DNA of 63,097 nt, filler included, from Pirum gemmata (Eukaryota): the NCBI GenBank assembly GCA_002812295.1. It is 28 parts of 28 records of this genome, joined end to end, with 100 filler letters (N's around TTAATTAATTAA, not from the genome) between each part and the next. Parts side by side here need not be neighbours in the genome. Positions count along the whole stretch, not along the records: positions 34,080 to 37,917 come from PDIN01009631.1; positions 38,018 to 39,927 come from PDIN01009632.1; positions 40,028 to 42,009 come from PDIN01009633.1; positions 42,110 to 44,756 come from PDIN01009634.1; positions 44,857 to 46,838 come from PDIN01009635.1; positions 46,939 to 48,895 come from PDIN01009636.1; positions 48,996 to 50,953 come from PDIN01009637.1; 21 more parts are not named here. The stretch is one strand, 5' to 3'. How positions within the stretch are numbered: the stretch's first letter is position 1; each line of letters begins with the position of its first letter. The translations under genes and the position numbers were made by a program. The notes beneath the pieces are model-generated. The model worked only from the letters and a program-made list of their open reading frames with translations. It ran no database searches and was not told where the DNA came from. Positions 37,020 to 50,495 of this stretch are shown here, piece after piece.

Positions 37020-38670
37020 TCTAATAGCTACTACTAGTCTACTAGACTATAGTGCAAACAATTTTGGGATTCACCAGAATTTTCAGTTTTTAAAAACATA
37101 AGTCATGTAATAGGTATTTAATAGGTTTGAAATATTCGAACATAGAAAAAAAAGTTGGTCTTTTTTAGGTTATTTGCATCATACTAAGTCAAGTAAGTTC
37201 AACTTTAAAATAGACCTCTACTCTAGTAGCTATCATAGTACTCTAGCTAGCCCACCTGGTAGAAGTAGAACTAGCTAGTTAGTTGAGCTAGCTAGTTAAG
37301 CTACACCCCTCCTAGCTACACCCAACTTTGAAAACTAGCTAGCTAGAGGCTTTGAAAATTGAATTTGATAGCTAGCTAGCTACCAGTGATATTTACATAT
37401 TTATAGTTCAAGTATCCAATGATTGCAATGAGCTAGAGACCAACTATTATATAACTATCCAGACTATATAAAGATATAAAGACTTGTCAAAAAAATCGAG
37501 TTTTTTTAATTTTCTAATTTTTATTTATTTATTTATATAAATCATATTTATATAATGAAATATTGTGATCCTATTTTTTCTACATAAACAGTATTTATCA
37601 TATGATTAGTTGTATGATATCATATCATACATCTTATTTAAGTTGTATATTCAAGTCCTTGTATGATACATTAAATTGTCTATTTATTAGTCTAATTTAT
37701 AAAATTTTATTATTATTCAAATTAATTATTATAATTTATGATATAAAAAATAAAATTTTTATTTCTTTATGACAGTTCTTTTCATTTTTATTGTTTTTCG
37801 AGCTATGAATAGTAGATTTCTACTATAGCTAGTTAGAGTAGCTATGCATATGTAGACTAGTATCGATAGTCCGATTTGTGCGTGTGTGTAATTGTGTGTG
37901 TGTGTGTGTGTGCGTGTNNNNNNNNNNNNNNNNNNNNNNNNNNNNNNNNNNNNNNNNNNNNTTAATTAATTAANNNNNNNNNNNNNNNNNNNNNNNNNNN
38001 NNNNNNNNNNNNNNNNNATACCCAATAACTCACGCAAGTTTGATCGAAAACAAAACGTTTCCTCAAAAGTTTGTTTTCGAGCATCAACATAAAATCTCGA
38101 GTTTTTCACGGGTAGAAAAACAAAATAAAATTTGAAAATTTCGAATTTTGGATGAAATTGCCTAAATTATTAATTTTCATTGGTCAAATCCCAAATTTTA
38201 TTGTAGGCTATGAAAGACAGGTGTTTTTTTTTAATGATGACGTACAATTTATGTTGATTTGTGTTCGAAAATGAAAAAAAACAAAAAAAAAAACTAAATA
38301 AAAACAAAAAAACAAAAAAAAAAACTACATCAAGCCAAAAAAACAAATCTTAATTTGGAATAAAAAAAATTGCCTTTTTTTAGAGCAAGTTCTCAGGTTC
38401 ACTATTTCTCCAACAGACTTTAGGCCTCTGGTTCACTGTGGTTAAAAATTAAAAACATTTTTCTACTAGTAACAGTTAGCAATGCTTACATGTAAGACTT
38501 TGAATCATTTTTTGCATTAATAAAACTAATCAAGAAAAAAATTAAAAATAAATCATTTCTCTTCTTTGCTTAAGTGAAGAGACTTTAAACAGAAATCAAC
38601 AATGAAAATCAATTCACCATTTAATTTTTTTTTTAGCTAAGCCAGGCGCACACTAACGAATGGAAAGTCA

Positions 38671-38718
<48 letters not shown>

Positions 38719-38824
38719 CTATTTGAATTATCCAACGTGTACAAAACTAATATTTAACACCTATATTAGCGATTTTTCTAATAAAATAATACAGCAAAAG
38801 TATATAACATCCACAAACTATTTT

Positions 38825-39749
38825 TTATATTTCACAAGTGTTATGCATAGGCAATGCGGAAAACCTAACTATGTTGCAATTGAATTTACGGCAAATATCA
38901 AAAGATCCCTTGTTTTCGGTTTTCAAAGGTTTCGCTACATCTTTTCCAGTAAAAGGAGTGGCGTATTCTAGATGATATGAGTACATACTTTTATCAACAA
39001 CTTGAAGAGCACCAGGACAAAATTCCGAAGCACACCTATCGTAACACCAACCACCTTCATTTTGAGGCTCAAAATAATGATACATGCACCGCCACATTTC
39101 CATTGTATAAATTGTAGCGAATATTTCGAGGACTTGGACTTCATGAAGACAATCACTTCCATCTTTATGTAGGTCAGAATACATATGCTCATATGTTGAA
39201 CCATAAACTCTTGGACTAAAAATGTCTATATTGTATGTTTGCATTTTCAATACAGCTTTCGTTAAGTCAACAGCGTTAGGACCATTTTGAAGTAAGAACA
39301 AATCATCCAATAAAATAAAAATATAGTCGAAAAGGAACTCTAAAATTTTTGGATCCAATAATAAAAGATTCGATCCCCAACCTGAGCCGACAGAGCGAAA
39401 GATTGAACACTTTTCTGGGATAACTTCAAGTTTTTCGGCTGGTAATTTTTCTTCGTCAGCAAAAACTACAATAAGGCATTCCCAATTCCTTGATGCGTCG
39501 TTTAAAAATAAATTGATGTTACTCGCCACGTTATTCAGAACTTTCTCCCTTCCCACTGCATTAACCATAACTAAACTACTAGGTTTAGGATTTTTTGAAA
39601 CAGAATTTTTCCATTTTTCGATAACAAACTGGGGCAGAATAGTACGCTTTACAGATTCAACCTTGAATTTGTAAAACAAATAATCGAGGAAATGTTACGA
39701 TAATAATAATGATAATAAATGCAATAGTGATTTTTGTGATATATGGCAT
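38825..39749 (-). CDS. DUF707-like GT-A fold glycosyltransferase, type II membrane; 1-nt frameshift near 39691
   Basis: FDYIFILLDDL, IDIFSP, VLEIFATIY..EMWRCMY, GGWCYD and VVD are colinear with DUF707. Removing one base at 39690-39692 joins MPYITKITIAFIIIIIIVTF (ATG 39749) to LDYLFYKFKVES. Confidence 0.65.
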
Positions 39750-39874
39750 GCTTAGTACAATGCTAAATTAAAAAAATGTAACAGAATATTTACTTTTAAA
39801 ATACAGAACAGCAAACAGTTGGCAACAAAGATATAATAAAAATAAAACATAAACAGCAACACGAATAATAATGT

Positions 39875-39927
<53 letters not shown>

Positions 39928-40027
39928 NNNNNNNNNNNNNNNNNNNNNNNNNNNNNNNNNNNNNNNNNNNNTTAATTAATTAANNNNNNNNNNNNNNNNN
40001 NNNNNNNNNNNNNNNNNNNNNNNNNNN

Positions 40028-40637
40028 AATTTATGAAAAATATCAAAAAAAATGGAGTTTGAACTCCTTGTTGTTTACAAAATAGGGTTTACATTAATAT
40101 TAATATTATTATTAATATTATTATTATTAATTATTAGTATTACTATTATTATTAATGCTATTATTATTATTATTACAAGGAAACAATGAAAAGGAAAACA
40201 AACAGTGGGGTAAATCTTTATTCGAATGCATGTATTCGTGCGAAGAGGATGGAATTTTATAAATTTATTGTTGATTGTTGATTGTTGATTGTTGATTGTT
40301 GATTGTTGATTGTTGATTGTTGATTGTTAAATGTTGATTGTTGATTGTTGATTGTTAAATGTTGATTGTTGATTGTTGATTGTTCATTATACTTAACTTT
40401 GTTGATTGTTGATTGTTGATTGTTGATTGTTGATTGTCGATTGCTTTCGAGTCAGGCTTTAGAGTTACTTCATACCTTTTTTTAAAAAAACAGAGGTGAC
40501 TACGATGTCATTTTTATGTTCTCTCGAAAAGCCCGTAATTATTATTATTATTTCAAGCGAGCCGTATGAAATTTATGAAAAATATCAAAAAAAATGGAGT
40601 TTGAACTCCTTGTTGTTTACAAAATAGGGTTTACATA
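40028..40637. repeat. About 67-bp direct repeat (40028 and ~40569) bracketing a (GTTGATT)n heptamer tract
   Basis: AATTTATGAAAAATATC...AAATAGGGTTTACAT occurs twice. Heptamer run at about 40267-40442. Confidence 0.85.
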
Positions 40638-40893
40638 AGTTTTTTCATGGTTTCTTTCAAGGAGTTGAACTCCTTGATTCTTTGCTATACCTCATACCTA
40701 TCATACTATGATATGATAGCTAGTAGCCTAAGCTAGCTAGTAGCTAGCTATCATATCTCTACTAGCTAGAGTTCTACTAGTTATTATAAAATATTAAGGA
40801 GTCTTTGCTCTTTGGTGAAATAGCTTTCGTGTGTGAGTAGAGCTTCTTGAGAAGTAGTGAACACTGGGGGAACTCAGCTGGGAACAGTTCTGG

Positions 40894-41020
40894 GAACCCT
40901 ATACGATTCCATATCTTTGAAACAGTCTTTTTGAATTTTTGACCGATTGTTTTTTTTTTTCGAAAAAGCAAAACCGTGAATGGAAGGTGTGGTTGGCAAA
41001 TTGTGAAAAAATGATTTTTT

Positions 41021-41053
<33 letters not shown>

Positions 41054-41565
41054 ACACACACAACAGTGTTACACACAGTGTCACACAGTGTCACACAAAC
41101 ACAGTATATATCTACGTAATTAATTAAGAAATCCAGGTGTGCATATATATACATATAATACATATAGTAATCAAATCTGGAGGCTCCAGATAGAAATATA
41201 GAGGGCCTAGATTGATATATATATAAGTCTCCATATGGCAATCTGGAAGGAGTGCCAAATTCAATTTTTGGATTTTTTTTTTTTTTCAAATAACTTTTTC
41301 AAAAATTATTTTTTCGATTTCGAACAAAGTCACACTTTATTCTTTTGCCAAAAGCTTTAATTCCACCAACTTTGGGGATGGTAGCGCTACTAGCGCAGGG
41401 ATGATGGTCATGGCCTAATTTTAAAATTTGGGAATTTTTGCCCAAATTTTAGACTTTTTTTTTTTCGATGTTCGTTCGACTTTTTATTATAAAAATGTAG
41501 TAGGGAGTAGGGCCTGTAGACGGCTCGGTGAACCAGGGGTTAGATAATGGAATCGTATAGAGTTC
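40894..41565. mobile_element. About 670-bp non-autonomous DNA transposon (family E)
   Basis: TIR GAACCCTATACGATTCCATATCT / AGATAATGGAATCGTATAGAGTTC. The right portion recurs inverted at about 44542-44756. Confidence 0.65.
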
Positions 41566-41910
41566 GTACAGTATATAATTATCATGATACGAGTCATCAT
41601 ACGACTCTACGAGGTCGAGGTAGCGAGGACCGATAATAATCTAATTTTCCACATGAATACATCTGGCCAATGAAATTTGGTAAAAGCCACCATATTTATA
41701 ATACTGGTAAGCCTTTAGAAAAACTTCAGAGAAAACTACTGACTTCTATGCAGGACTTCTATGACATATTATCATATGATACAATAAAAAAAGTCTATGA
41801 TAATGATAAGTAGGGCTGAAATTCCCCGCTGAATAGTGAATACTGGCTGAATGATATTATAGTAGTAGTACTAGCTAGAGACCAAGTGGCAAGTGGACTA
41901 GATTAAAAAA

Positions 41911-41949
41911 GGGCTCATATGAGCCCGGGGTGTGGGCTCATATGAGCCC
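41911..41949. repeat. Two copies of the perfect 16-bp palindrome GGGCTCATATGAGCCC
   Basis: 41911-41926 and 41934-41949, separated by 7 bp. Confidence 0.95.
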
Positions 41950-42109
41950 ATCCATTTTTTCCCTTTTTTTCTAAAAAAAATTTTTTTTAATAATTAACAC
42001 ATATCATATNNNNNNNNNNNNNNNNNNNNNNNNNNNNNNNNNNNNNNNNNNNNTTAATTAATTAANNNNNNNNNNNNNNNNNNNNNNNNNNNNNNNNNNN
42101 NNNNNNNNN

Positions 42110-42140
<31 letters not shown>

Positions 42141-42182
42141 ATACACCTAACTAGCTAGCTCTACTCTACACTATATCAATAA

Positions 42183-42363
42183 GGGAACATTCATAAAGGA
42201 CGTCACTTATTCTTTGATAGAAGTTATTGCTCGAAAGTGTGACTTAAACTATTTTAGACAGTAATTAATTATTAAAATAAACTTTAAAATTATGACCAAA
42301 ACTGTTTTGGGCAAAGAGGCATAGGTAAGATTAGGTGACGTCCTTTATATTATGGATGATTCC
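42183..42363. mobile_element. MITE family A, full copy (PIF/Harbinger-like: GGG terminus, TAA on the left flank)
   Basis: TIR GGGAACATTCATAAAGGACGTCAC / GTGACGTCCTTTAT...GGATGATTCC. Four copies in the window. Confidence 0.8.
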
Positions 42364-42839
42364 AGCTATGATTCCTAATAGACACTCAATATTTCAGAAT
42401 ATTTCAGCCGATATTTACCTATTTATATATTGGGCAATCTCTGTGATTAGTGTTCGTCAAAAATTAAAAAGTGGATGGATCATCTCAAATTCTCAATGGC
42501 AATTTGGCTGCTGAATTTTGGCAAATGATGCAAATCAAAAAAAAAAAAAATTATATGATATGAATTATGAATAAAAAAAAAAAAAATCTCTAAAACACCT
42601 CTTGAAAGGCTACATTAAAAAATATATCTTTTTCTATTTGTTTTTTGATTTTTTTAAAATTTTAAAAAATTTTCTTTTTTTCCCGTTTTTTCCCTAAAAA
42701 TTGCCTATTACAGTGATAGCTAGCAGCGCTAGCTAGTAGAGTAATGTTTGAAGAGTGTTTGATCTGAGTGTTTGATAGAGCTACTTAGGGAGAGGCTACT
42801 AGCTAGCTAGTATGATAGCTGACTTTTAGAGTTAGAGTA

Positions 42840-43640
42840 ACCACCAATACAAAACAACACAGAAAGATTATCAAAACTATAGCATACAACCATCAACATA
42901 ACAACAACAATAAGTTTAACTATTAATACGAATTTTACGATATAAAACAAAATACCTCAATAATGCAACAACAATATAAATATGTATGTAAAAAAGAAAC
43001 AACAAAACCATTAGAAATATGCTCAAAGCCCAAACCAATTAATACCTCCAAATAGTTGGAATCTACAAAATTAATGATTAATTATTATGAAAAACAGTAG
43101 TATAAAACACACAGAAGAAAACCTCAAAACGAAAACCTTTAATGATAACAACCTAAACAACCTAAACAACCTTGGGAATATAAAACAAAATACATGGGAA
43201 GAGATAATTAAGAATAGGAGAATCAATACAAAAAAACTAATAAAAAGTCACACCTGGATATAATTATACTAACCCAAAGAAAACCAACAAGACAGTGGAC
43301 GTCGAAACCCCAACCTTTTCAATGTCAATACTGTTCCAAAGAATTTCCACCAGAAGTCAAATTAAAACCCTACAACAAAAAAATATTACATATAAATCCG
43401 AATATAGACGAAGAATCCAGCAATATCCACAACAACGACTACAACGCTATAATACTATAGCTATATTAGCTAGGAACAAATTTAAAGTTTAATTTATTAA
43501 AAACAAATATTTCTACAACAAAAGAACAATACAATTGCTCATCATACATAGACCATATATTATGAAAAGTACAACAAATCAAAACCAACTGACAATCAAA
43601 TCATTAACTTATACCGAAGTATCATGAAATAAATCAGCAA
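42840..43640 (+). mobile_element. Degraded LINE-like element, longest copy
   Basis: Relic translation LGNIKQNTWEEIIKNRRINTKKLIKSHTW...TRQWTSKPQPFQCQYCSKEFPPE. Homologous to 30430-31060. Confidence 0.5.
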
Positions 43641-43657
43641 AGGAACTTTTTTTTTTT

Positions 43658-43887
43658 AGCCGGATAAAACTGTAGAAATCATTTTTTAGATTTCTTTTCT
43701 AAAAATCTTGATGATTAACTAGCCAAATTATTTTTAAAAACTTGCAATTGGTTCATAATAGAGTTTTCTTAGTTAATAGATTTCTCAAATTTTGATAGTA
43801 CTTTCTTTTAAATTGGATCATTTTCAGATTTTTTGGTTTTTGAGCTCATATGGTGGATGTCGCCATTTTATCCGGCTTGGTAGTTAA
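43658..43887. mobile_element. MITE family C, near-full copy (TIR C.GCCAAGCCGGATAAAA, TTAA within polyT/polyA flanks)
   Basis: AGCCGGATAAAA ... TTTTATCCGGCTTGGTAG-TTAA. Other copies lie at about 1375-1555, 11500-11600, 23490-23678, 28385-28555, 32540-32652, 46370-46605 and 63033-63097. Confidence 0.8.
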
Positions 43888-44181
43888 AAAAAAAAAAAAA
43901 TTGTAAAGAAAATAAATTTCTCTTTAGTCTCTTATCATAGTACTCTTATCATATGGTGGGGGCAATCTATACATAACATTAAAAAAAAATGGACAAATTT
44001 TTTTTATGAGTTCGAAAAAATCATGTTTTTTGCGATTTTGTTCACTTTTTTTTTTTTTTTTCGAAAATCTAAAACTGTCATGCAGTCGGGCTCGNATAAT
44101 ATATCGATAGATATAATAATATTATTATTATGATACTATCATACCGGTATCACATATGATTATGATAAATTTTTTTTTAAA

Positions 44182-44240
44182 ATATAATACAAGGACTTCA
44201 AAAAAAGAAAGTTTCTTTTTTTGAAGTCCTTGTATGATAT
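44182..44240. repeat. Hairpin ATACAAGGACTTCAAAAAA/TTTTTTGAAGTCCTTGTAT (collapsed MITE)
   Basis: Near-perfect inverted repeat. Related termini at about 33767-33800 and 37650-37668. Confidence 0.75.
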
Positions 44241-46938
44241 TATCATAATTATCAGATTCATACTATCAGATACTACTAGCTAGCTAGAGTACTACTAGCT
44301 ACTAGCTAGCTAGCTCTAGACTACAGTCTGACTATCAACTAGCTAGCTAGCTACCTAGCAACCTATCACACCGCCCCCGATAGCTAGCTAGTGATACGAT
44401 AGCACCGGTGGGCTAAAGACGTGGGTGGTGGGCGTGGTGGGGGTTGTAAAACTTAGTAGTCTAGTAGACTAGCTAGGAGGCTGCAGTAAGCTGCAGTAGG
44501 GGTACGTTGGCTAAATTTCATATGGTGGGGGAACTCAACCTGATTCCATATCTAACCTCCGGTTCACCGAGCCGTATCTCGACCCCCAGACATGGTATGA
44601 AAATTTTGAGAGCGTGAATGGATAGCTTTTAACGAGCTGAGTCTCCCTGCTGACTCGCTTTAACTTCACATATTTTTAAAAAGTCGAACATCGAAAAAAA
44701 AAAAAGTTTAAAATTTGGGCAAAAATTCCCAAATTTTAATTAGGAAAGTACCCCACNNNNNNNNNNNNNNNNNNNNNNNNNNNNNNNNNNNNNNNNNNNN
44801 TTAATTAATTAANNNNNNNNNNNNNNNNNNNNNNNNNNNNNNNNNNNNNNNNNNNNTTATTTATTATCTGTTATTTCAGATAGAATTTTTTGTTTTTGTT
44901 TTTTTTTATAAATAAAATTTCTGCACCACCTGGTGTCACAGTGGTGTGAGGCTGGTGTTATTTCTTTACAAATTGTATAATTTGTATACGTAGTTTCTAA
45001 AAGATATTATCCATATCGATATTTTGTTGAAAAAAAAAGTTGGTTTGAAAAAAGTAAACATTTATTTATAAAATTTAAAATATGCATGAATGAAAAAAAA
45101 CAATATTATTATTATAACACAATTATTATTAGACAGCAACAATAAACAATATTGGTATCATAATAAACCTCGATAGAAGGAGCTAGCTCTAGAGAAATCT
45201 ACTATGATATATCATAGATAGCTACCTAGCTAGCTACCTACTATCGATAATTATGATAGCTAGCTAGACTAGACAAGACCAAGTGCCGAACTTGCCGTAT
45301 TGAGACCCCCAAAATTTATAAATTATAAATGACATTTTTATTTGTATTTTTTATTCAACCAAAATATAATGGTTATAAACAATAAAATTAAACTTTAGAT
45401 ATTTAAAAAACTAAACAAAGATAATACACTGATATAATACTATACATATAATAATTTATATATGCTATGGTAGTACTGGTACACTGCAGGTACTGGGTGT
45501 ACTGGGGTTCCTACAACTTCCTGCAGAAAACATGTCAAATAACAGTGCAAATAATTATTCTCAAGACTTTTTTAATTTTTTTTTGAGGTTCGCGTAAAAT
45601 TAAATTAAGAGCCGAATCTAATTAAACACCTTGTTCGATCCAGAAATAGTTCTTATCATTTTTTTTTTTCTTTTTTTCCTTTTTTTTTCAGTACTTGTGT
45701 AGACCTATTATCACTTCTTTATTTTTTAAAAATACCAACACCATTATCATAATTATTGTTAAAAAATATTTTTGAAAAGTTTTGGTTCAAAAATCACTAT
45801 TTTACTTATTACACACATATTTTAATTTAAAAATGTAAGGGTTATAATTATAATAAAAACTCGACATGTCTTCGCTTTCATTCTTGTCTTTCGAATAATA
45901 ATTATTATTATTATTATTTTCGAATAATAATAATTATTATTATTATGTTTTTTGTAAGCGACAGTTCTATCTCTAGTTACTACTCTCTAGTAGCTAGTAG
46001 AGCTATCTAGTAGACACAAGCGTACGGCCTTGAGGAATCATTTCGATAGACTATGTCTAGCTCGTCAAGAAATTTGGCCTCGGGACCTGTGGTAGTTCTG
46101 TGGTATAGACTATAGTATAGTACCTGGCTATTTATCTGATATACTCTGATATATTATGTTGATTATGTTGATTATGTTGATTATGTTGATTATGTTGATT
46201 ATGTTGATTATGTTGATTATGTTGATTATATATATAACTTATAGAAAGATCATTATGTATTATTATTACTTTAGAAAACAAAGGTTTAAAAAACAGTCTA
46301 AAGTTGACTCTACCTAGACCCTAGCTAGAGTCTAAACCTACAATTATTGCTGTATGAGACTTGTATCATGAGCTCAAGCCTCAAAATCTGACTAAATCCT
46401 CCAATTTTTTAATGGAAGTACTGTCAAAATTTCTAGGTCAAATTTTCAGAAAACTCTATCATGAACCAATGGGCCAGTTTATTTTTAAAAACATTTTTTT
46501 TTAAAAAATAATACTTTGGCTAGCAAGGAGTTTTTTTTTTTTTTTTTGAACTGGTTTTCTAAAAAAAGCAAAGTCTAAAAAAAAAGATTTTACAGTTTTA
46601 TCCGCAAAAAATATTTAGCTGTCGTAATCAAAAACCCTAACAAAACCCAGACCTTTTGGCAAACCCTAACCGTGAGACTACATAATAATATTATGAAAGA
46701 CCCACATCTTCTTCCAGTATCGATATTTTAAGTACGCATAATTAATATATTAATTAATTATAATTTATAATATAATTAAAAGAATTTTAATGTTAATATT
46801 AATTCATATAATAAATAATATTGTTTTTTTTTTTTTTTNNNNNNNNNNNNNNNNNNNNNNNNNNNNNNNNNNNNNNNNNNNNTTAATTAATTAANNNNNN
46901 NNNNNNNNNNNNNNNNNNNNNNNNNNNNNNNNNNNNNN

Positions 46939-48632
46939 ATATTATTATTTAATATTATTATTATTATTAATATTATAAATTATTATTATTATTATTATTT
47001 CAGACTGAGTCTACTACTATAACAATAACAATATTAATATAATAATAATAATGATTTTTAAACTACATATTATTAATATTATACCAATAACAATAAAAAT
47101 TACAATTAATATTATAACAATAACAATAACATTAGTATTAACATTAACATTAGCATTTTAACATTAACAATAACAGTAATATTATAATTATTAATATACA
47201 ATATTAACATTAATATTAACAATAACAACAATAATATATAACAATAACAATAACAATAACAGTAACAGTAACAATATTAATAACAATAACAATATTAATA
47301 ACAATATCACTATTATAGCATGTACAATAACAATAACAATGACAATAATTTTAAAAAATACCAATAGCAACTACAATAACATTGGCATTAACATTAACAT
47401 TAAAATGAACAATAACATTATAATTAATATGATCAATAACAACAATAACAATAACAACAATAACAATAACAATAACAACAATAACAATTAATAACAATAA
47501 CAATCAATAACAAATATTAATAACATGTACAATATTATAACAATAACAATAACATAACAATAACAATAGCAATAATAACGATAACAATTACAATAACCCA
47601 AATCCTAACAATAACAATTGCAATATTAATTAAAATATAATAACAATAACAATAACAATATATCAATAATTATAACAATGTGACAATGTATACGTAAAAA
47701 CAACAACAGCAATTTGTAATAACAATATTAATAACAATAACATTAATAACAATATTAATAACAATAACAATAACAATAACAATATTAACAATAACAATAA
47801 CAATATTAATAACAGTAACGTTAAAACAATATTAATAACAATAACAATATTAATTATTAATAACAATAATATGTACAATTAATTCATAACAATAACAATA
47901 ACAATAACAGTAACAATAACAATATTATATTAATAACAATAACAATAACATGTACAATAACATTAATAACATGTACAATAACATATATAGTAATAACACT
48001 AACACTAACAATAACAATATTAATAACAATAACAATAACAATAACAATAATAATAATAATAATATAATAACGTTAATTAATTAACATTATTAAATTATCA
48101 ATAACAATATCGATATCAATATTAATAATATAATAATGACAATATATAATATCAATAACAATATCAATAATAATGGCAATATATATTAATATCAATATCA
48201 TTATTAATATTAATACTATATTAATATAATAACAAATTAATTATTAATAAGAACAATATTAATATTATTATTTAATAATAATATAATAATAATATAATAA
48301 TAATGTATTAATAACAATATTAATATATTAAATATAACAATATTAACAATAAAAATATCTATAACAATAACAATATTGATATTAATAACAATAACATTAA
48401 AACAATAACAATTAACATTAAAAAACATTGACAATAACAATAACAATAATTTATAAAACAATAACAATAACGATGATAATATAATTATAATAATGATTAA
48501 TATTATAATGATAATGACAATAACAACAACAACAATTTAACAATTTTAAAACAATAACAATAATTAGACTATAAAACAATAACAATATTATTAAACAATA
48601 ACAATAACAATAACAATAACAATAACAATAAC
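46939..48632. repeat. (AACAAT)n/(AAT)n low-complexity tract
   Basis: 1.7 kb almost devoid of G. Confidence 0.92.
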
Positions 48633-50206
48633 TGTAGCTGCTAGACTGTAGCTGTAGGTCCTATAGTTATTGTATATGCTTTTCATTTATTTATTTGGTT
48701 GTTTATAATATTTAAATTGATACTTTTAAATAAATAAATACATATATAATAAAATATACCCAAATAAATATGAAATGAATTTATATTGTATCAATTTGGT
48801 ACTGTTTAAGTGTATAATTGAACTTTTTTATAAAATAAAATATTATGTAAAAAATACCAAATTAATTAAAACATGTCCGATAGTTTAACCATAATNNNNN
48901 NNNNNNNNNNNNNNNNNNNNNNNNNNNNNNNNNNNNNNNTTAATTAATTAANNNNNNNNNNNNNNNNNNNNNNNNNNNNNNNNNNNNNNNNNNNNTAGTA
49001 AGAAAGAAAAAAAATACTGGTGTAGACTTACTGTCGAGTCATTATTTATACATTTTTTCAAAAAAAAAAAAATCAGGTTTTTTTCTTCACCCTTAGTTCA
49101 CCCTTTTATTAGTTTTTCTGTGTTTTTTCTCTGATTTGCCGAGTTGATTTGTCCAGAATGAGTGAGATTGGGAGATTTTAAATGGGTCTGAAATAATAGC
49201 CAATAAAATTTTAATAAAGTCAATTTCAAATGGTATTGCAGTTTTTTTGGCATCTTTTATTTAATTTTAAATTTTTAAAAAGGTATTTTTTAAAAAAAAG
49301 TTAGTAGATAAATAATAAAAAAGACCAAATAAATACAATTGATTAAAAATAGAATTAATTTGATAGCTTTTAGTTTCAAACTTTTTTTTCCTTGAATTTA
49401 TTGAAATTTCATTCATTGAAATTCATTGACATTCACCAGTGATATTCACATTCACTCAAATTTTATGTAAAAATAAAGTTTTAATTGGTCAAATCAGGTT
49501 CCGAATTTCTCAGACAGGCCAATAGTCTAGCTAGCTAGAGAGTCTAGTAACTCTCTACCAGCCTAGCTCTAGTCTAGAGTCTAGACTCTAGACTCATAAT
49601 GTTCATAATATGCAATAGACTAGGGTCTATGTTGATATTTGCGTTTATTAAACGAGTATTCCAATTGCAAACAACATTATTCGATCATATTTAATTAAAA
49701 ATGACATTTTCGTATATTTCAATTACTAGCATTGATTAACTAGGGGTTGACTACTACTACAACTACATAACCACCATAACCACTGGTACCATGACCATCA
49801 TGATCATGAACACGACGATCACGACCACTACTATTGGTATAATTTACTATGTAAATTTTATATAGTAAAAAAAGTCCTGGGCTGTGTCCGAGCCTCTGTC
49901 TATTGCGACATAATGGGATAGATTTGTATATTACATATAAATAAATTAAGAGTATAATTTAAAAAATTACACAAGATGAAATGGTTTGTGCCAATTATAA
50001 AATATTTGTGTTATAATGGAGGTTGGCCATTTCGTAGCTACTATACACAAAAAAGACAGCTTTTGAAAGTTTGCCACTAGCAAATAAAAAAAAGGTATTG
50101 ATATCGTCTATTTCATAACAGTTTTCCTCTCAATCTTTTAATAGCACTGTTTAAGTGCATAATTGAACTTGTTTATAAAATCCAACATGTGGTGGTGGTG
50201 GTGGGA

Positions 50207-50495
50207 TATACAATCAATAAAGGACCATCCCAAATAATTAAAAAACAGAGCATTCAATCTTAGACTTTGAACAACATTGCTGTAGTTGCTCTTGTTGCTC
50301 TTGTTGTGTTGGTGGTGATGGTGGTGATGGTTGGGGTATCGGCTCTACTTCGTAAAATTGTGTATTTAAATCAAACTTTAACATAGAAAGAATTGATTGT
50401 TTGATACCTTTTTTATAAATATTTGCTAAGATCAAAGTCTAAGATTGAATGCTCTGTTTTTGAATTATTTGGGATGGTCCTTTATTGATTGTATA
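50207..50495. repeat. 64-bp inverted repeat with one mismatch, enclosing a 161-bp coding-like segment
   Basis: 50207-50270 is the reverse complement of 50432-50495. Confidence 0.92.
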
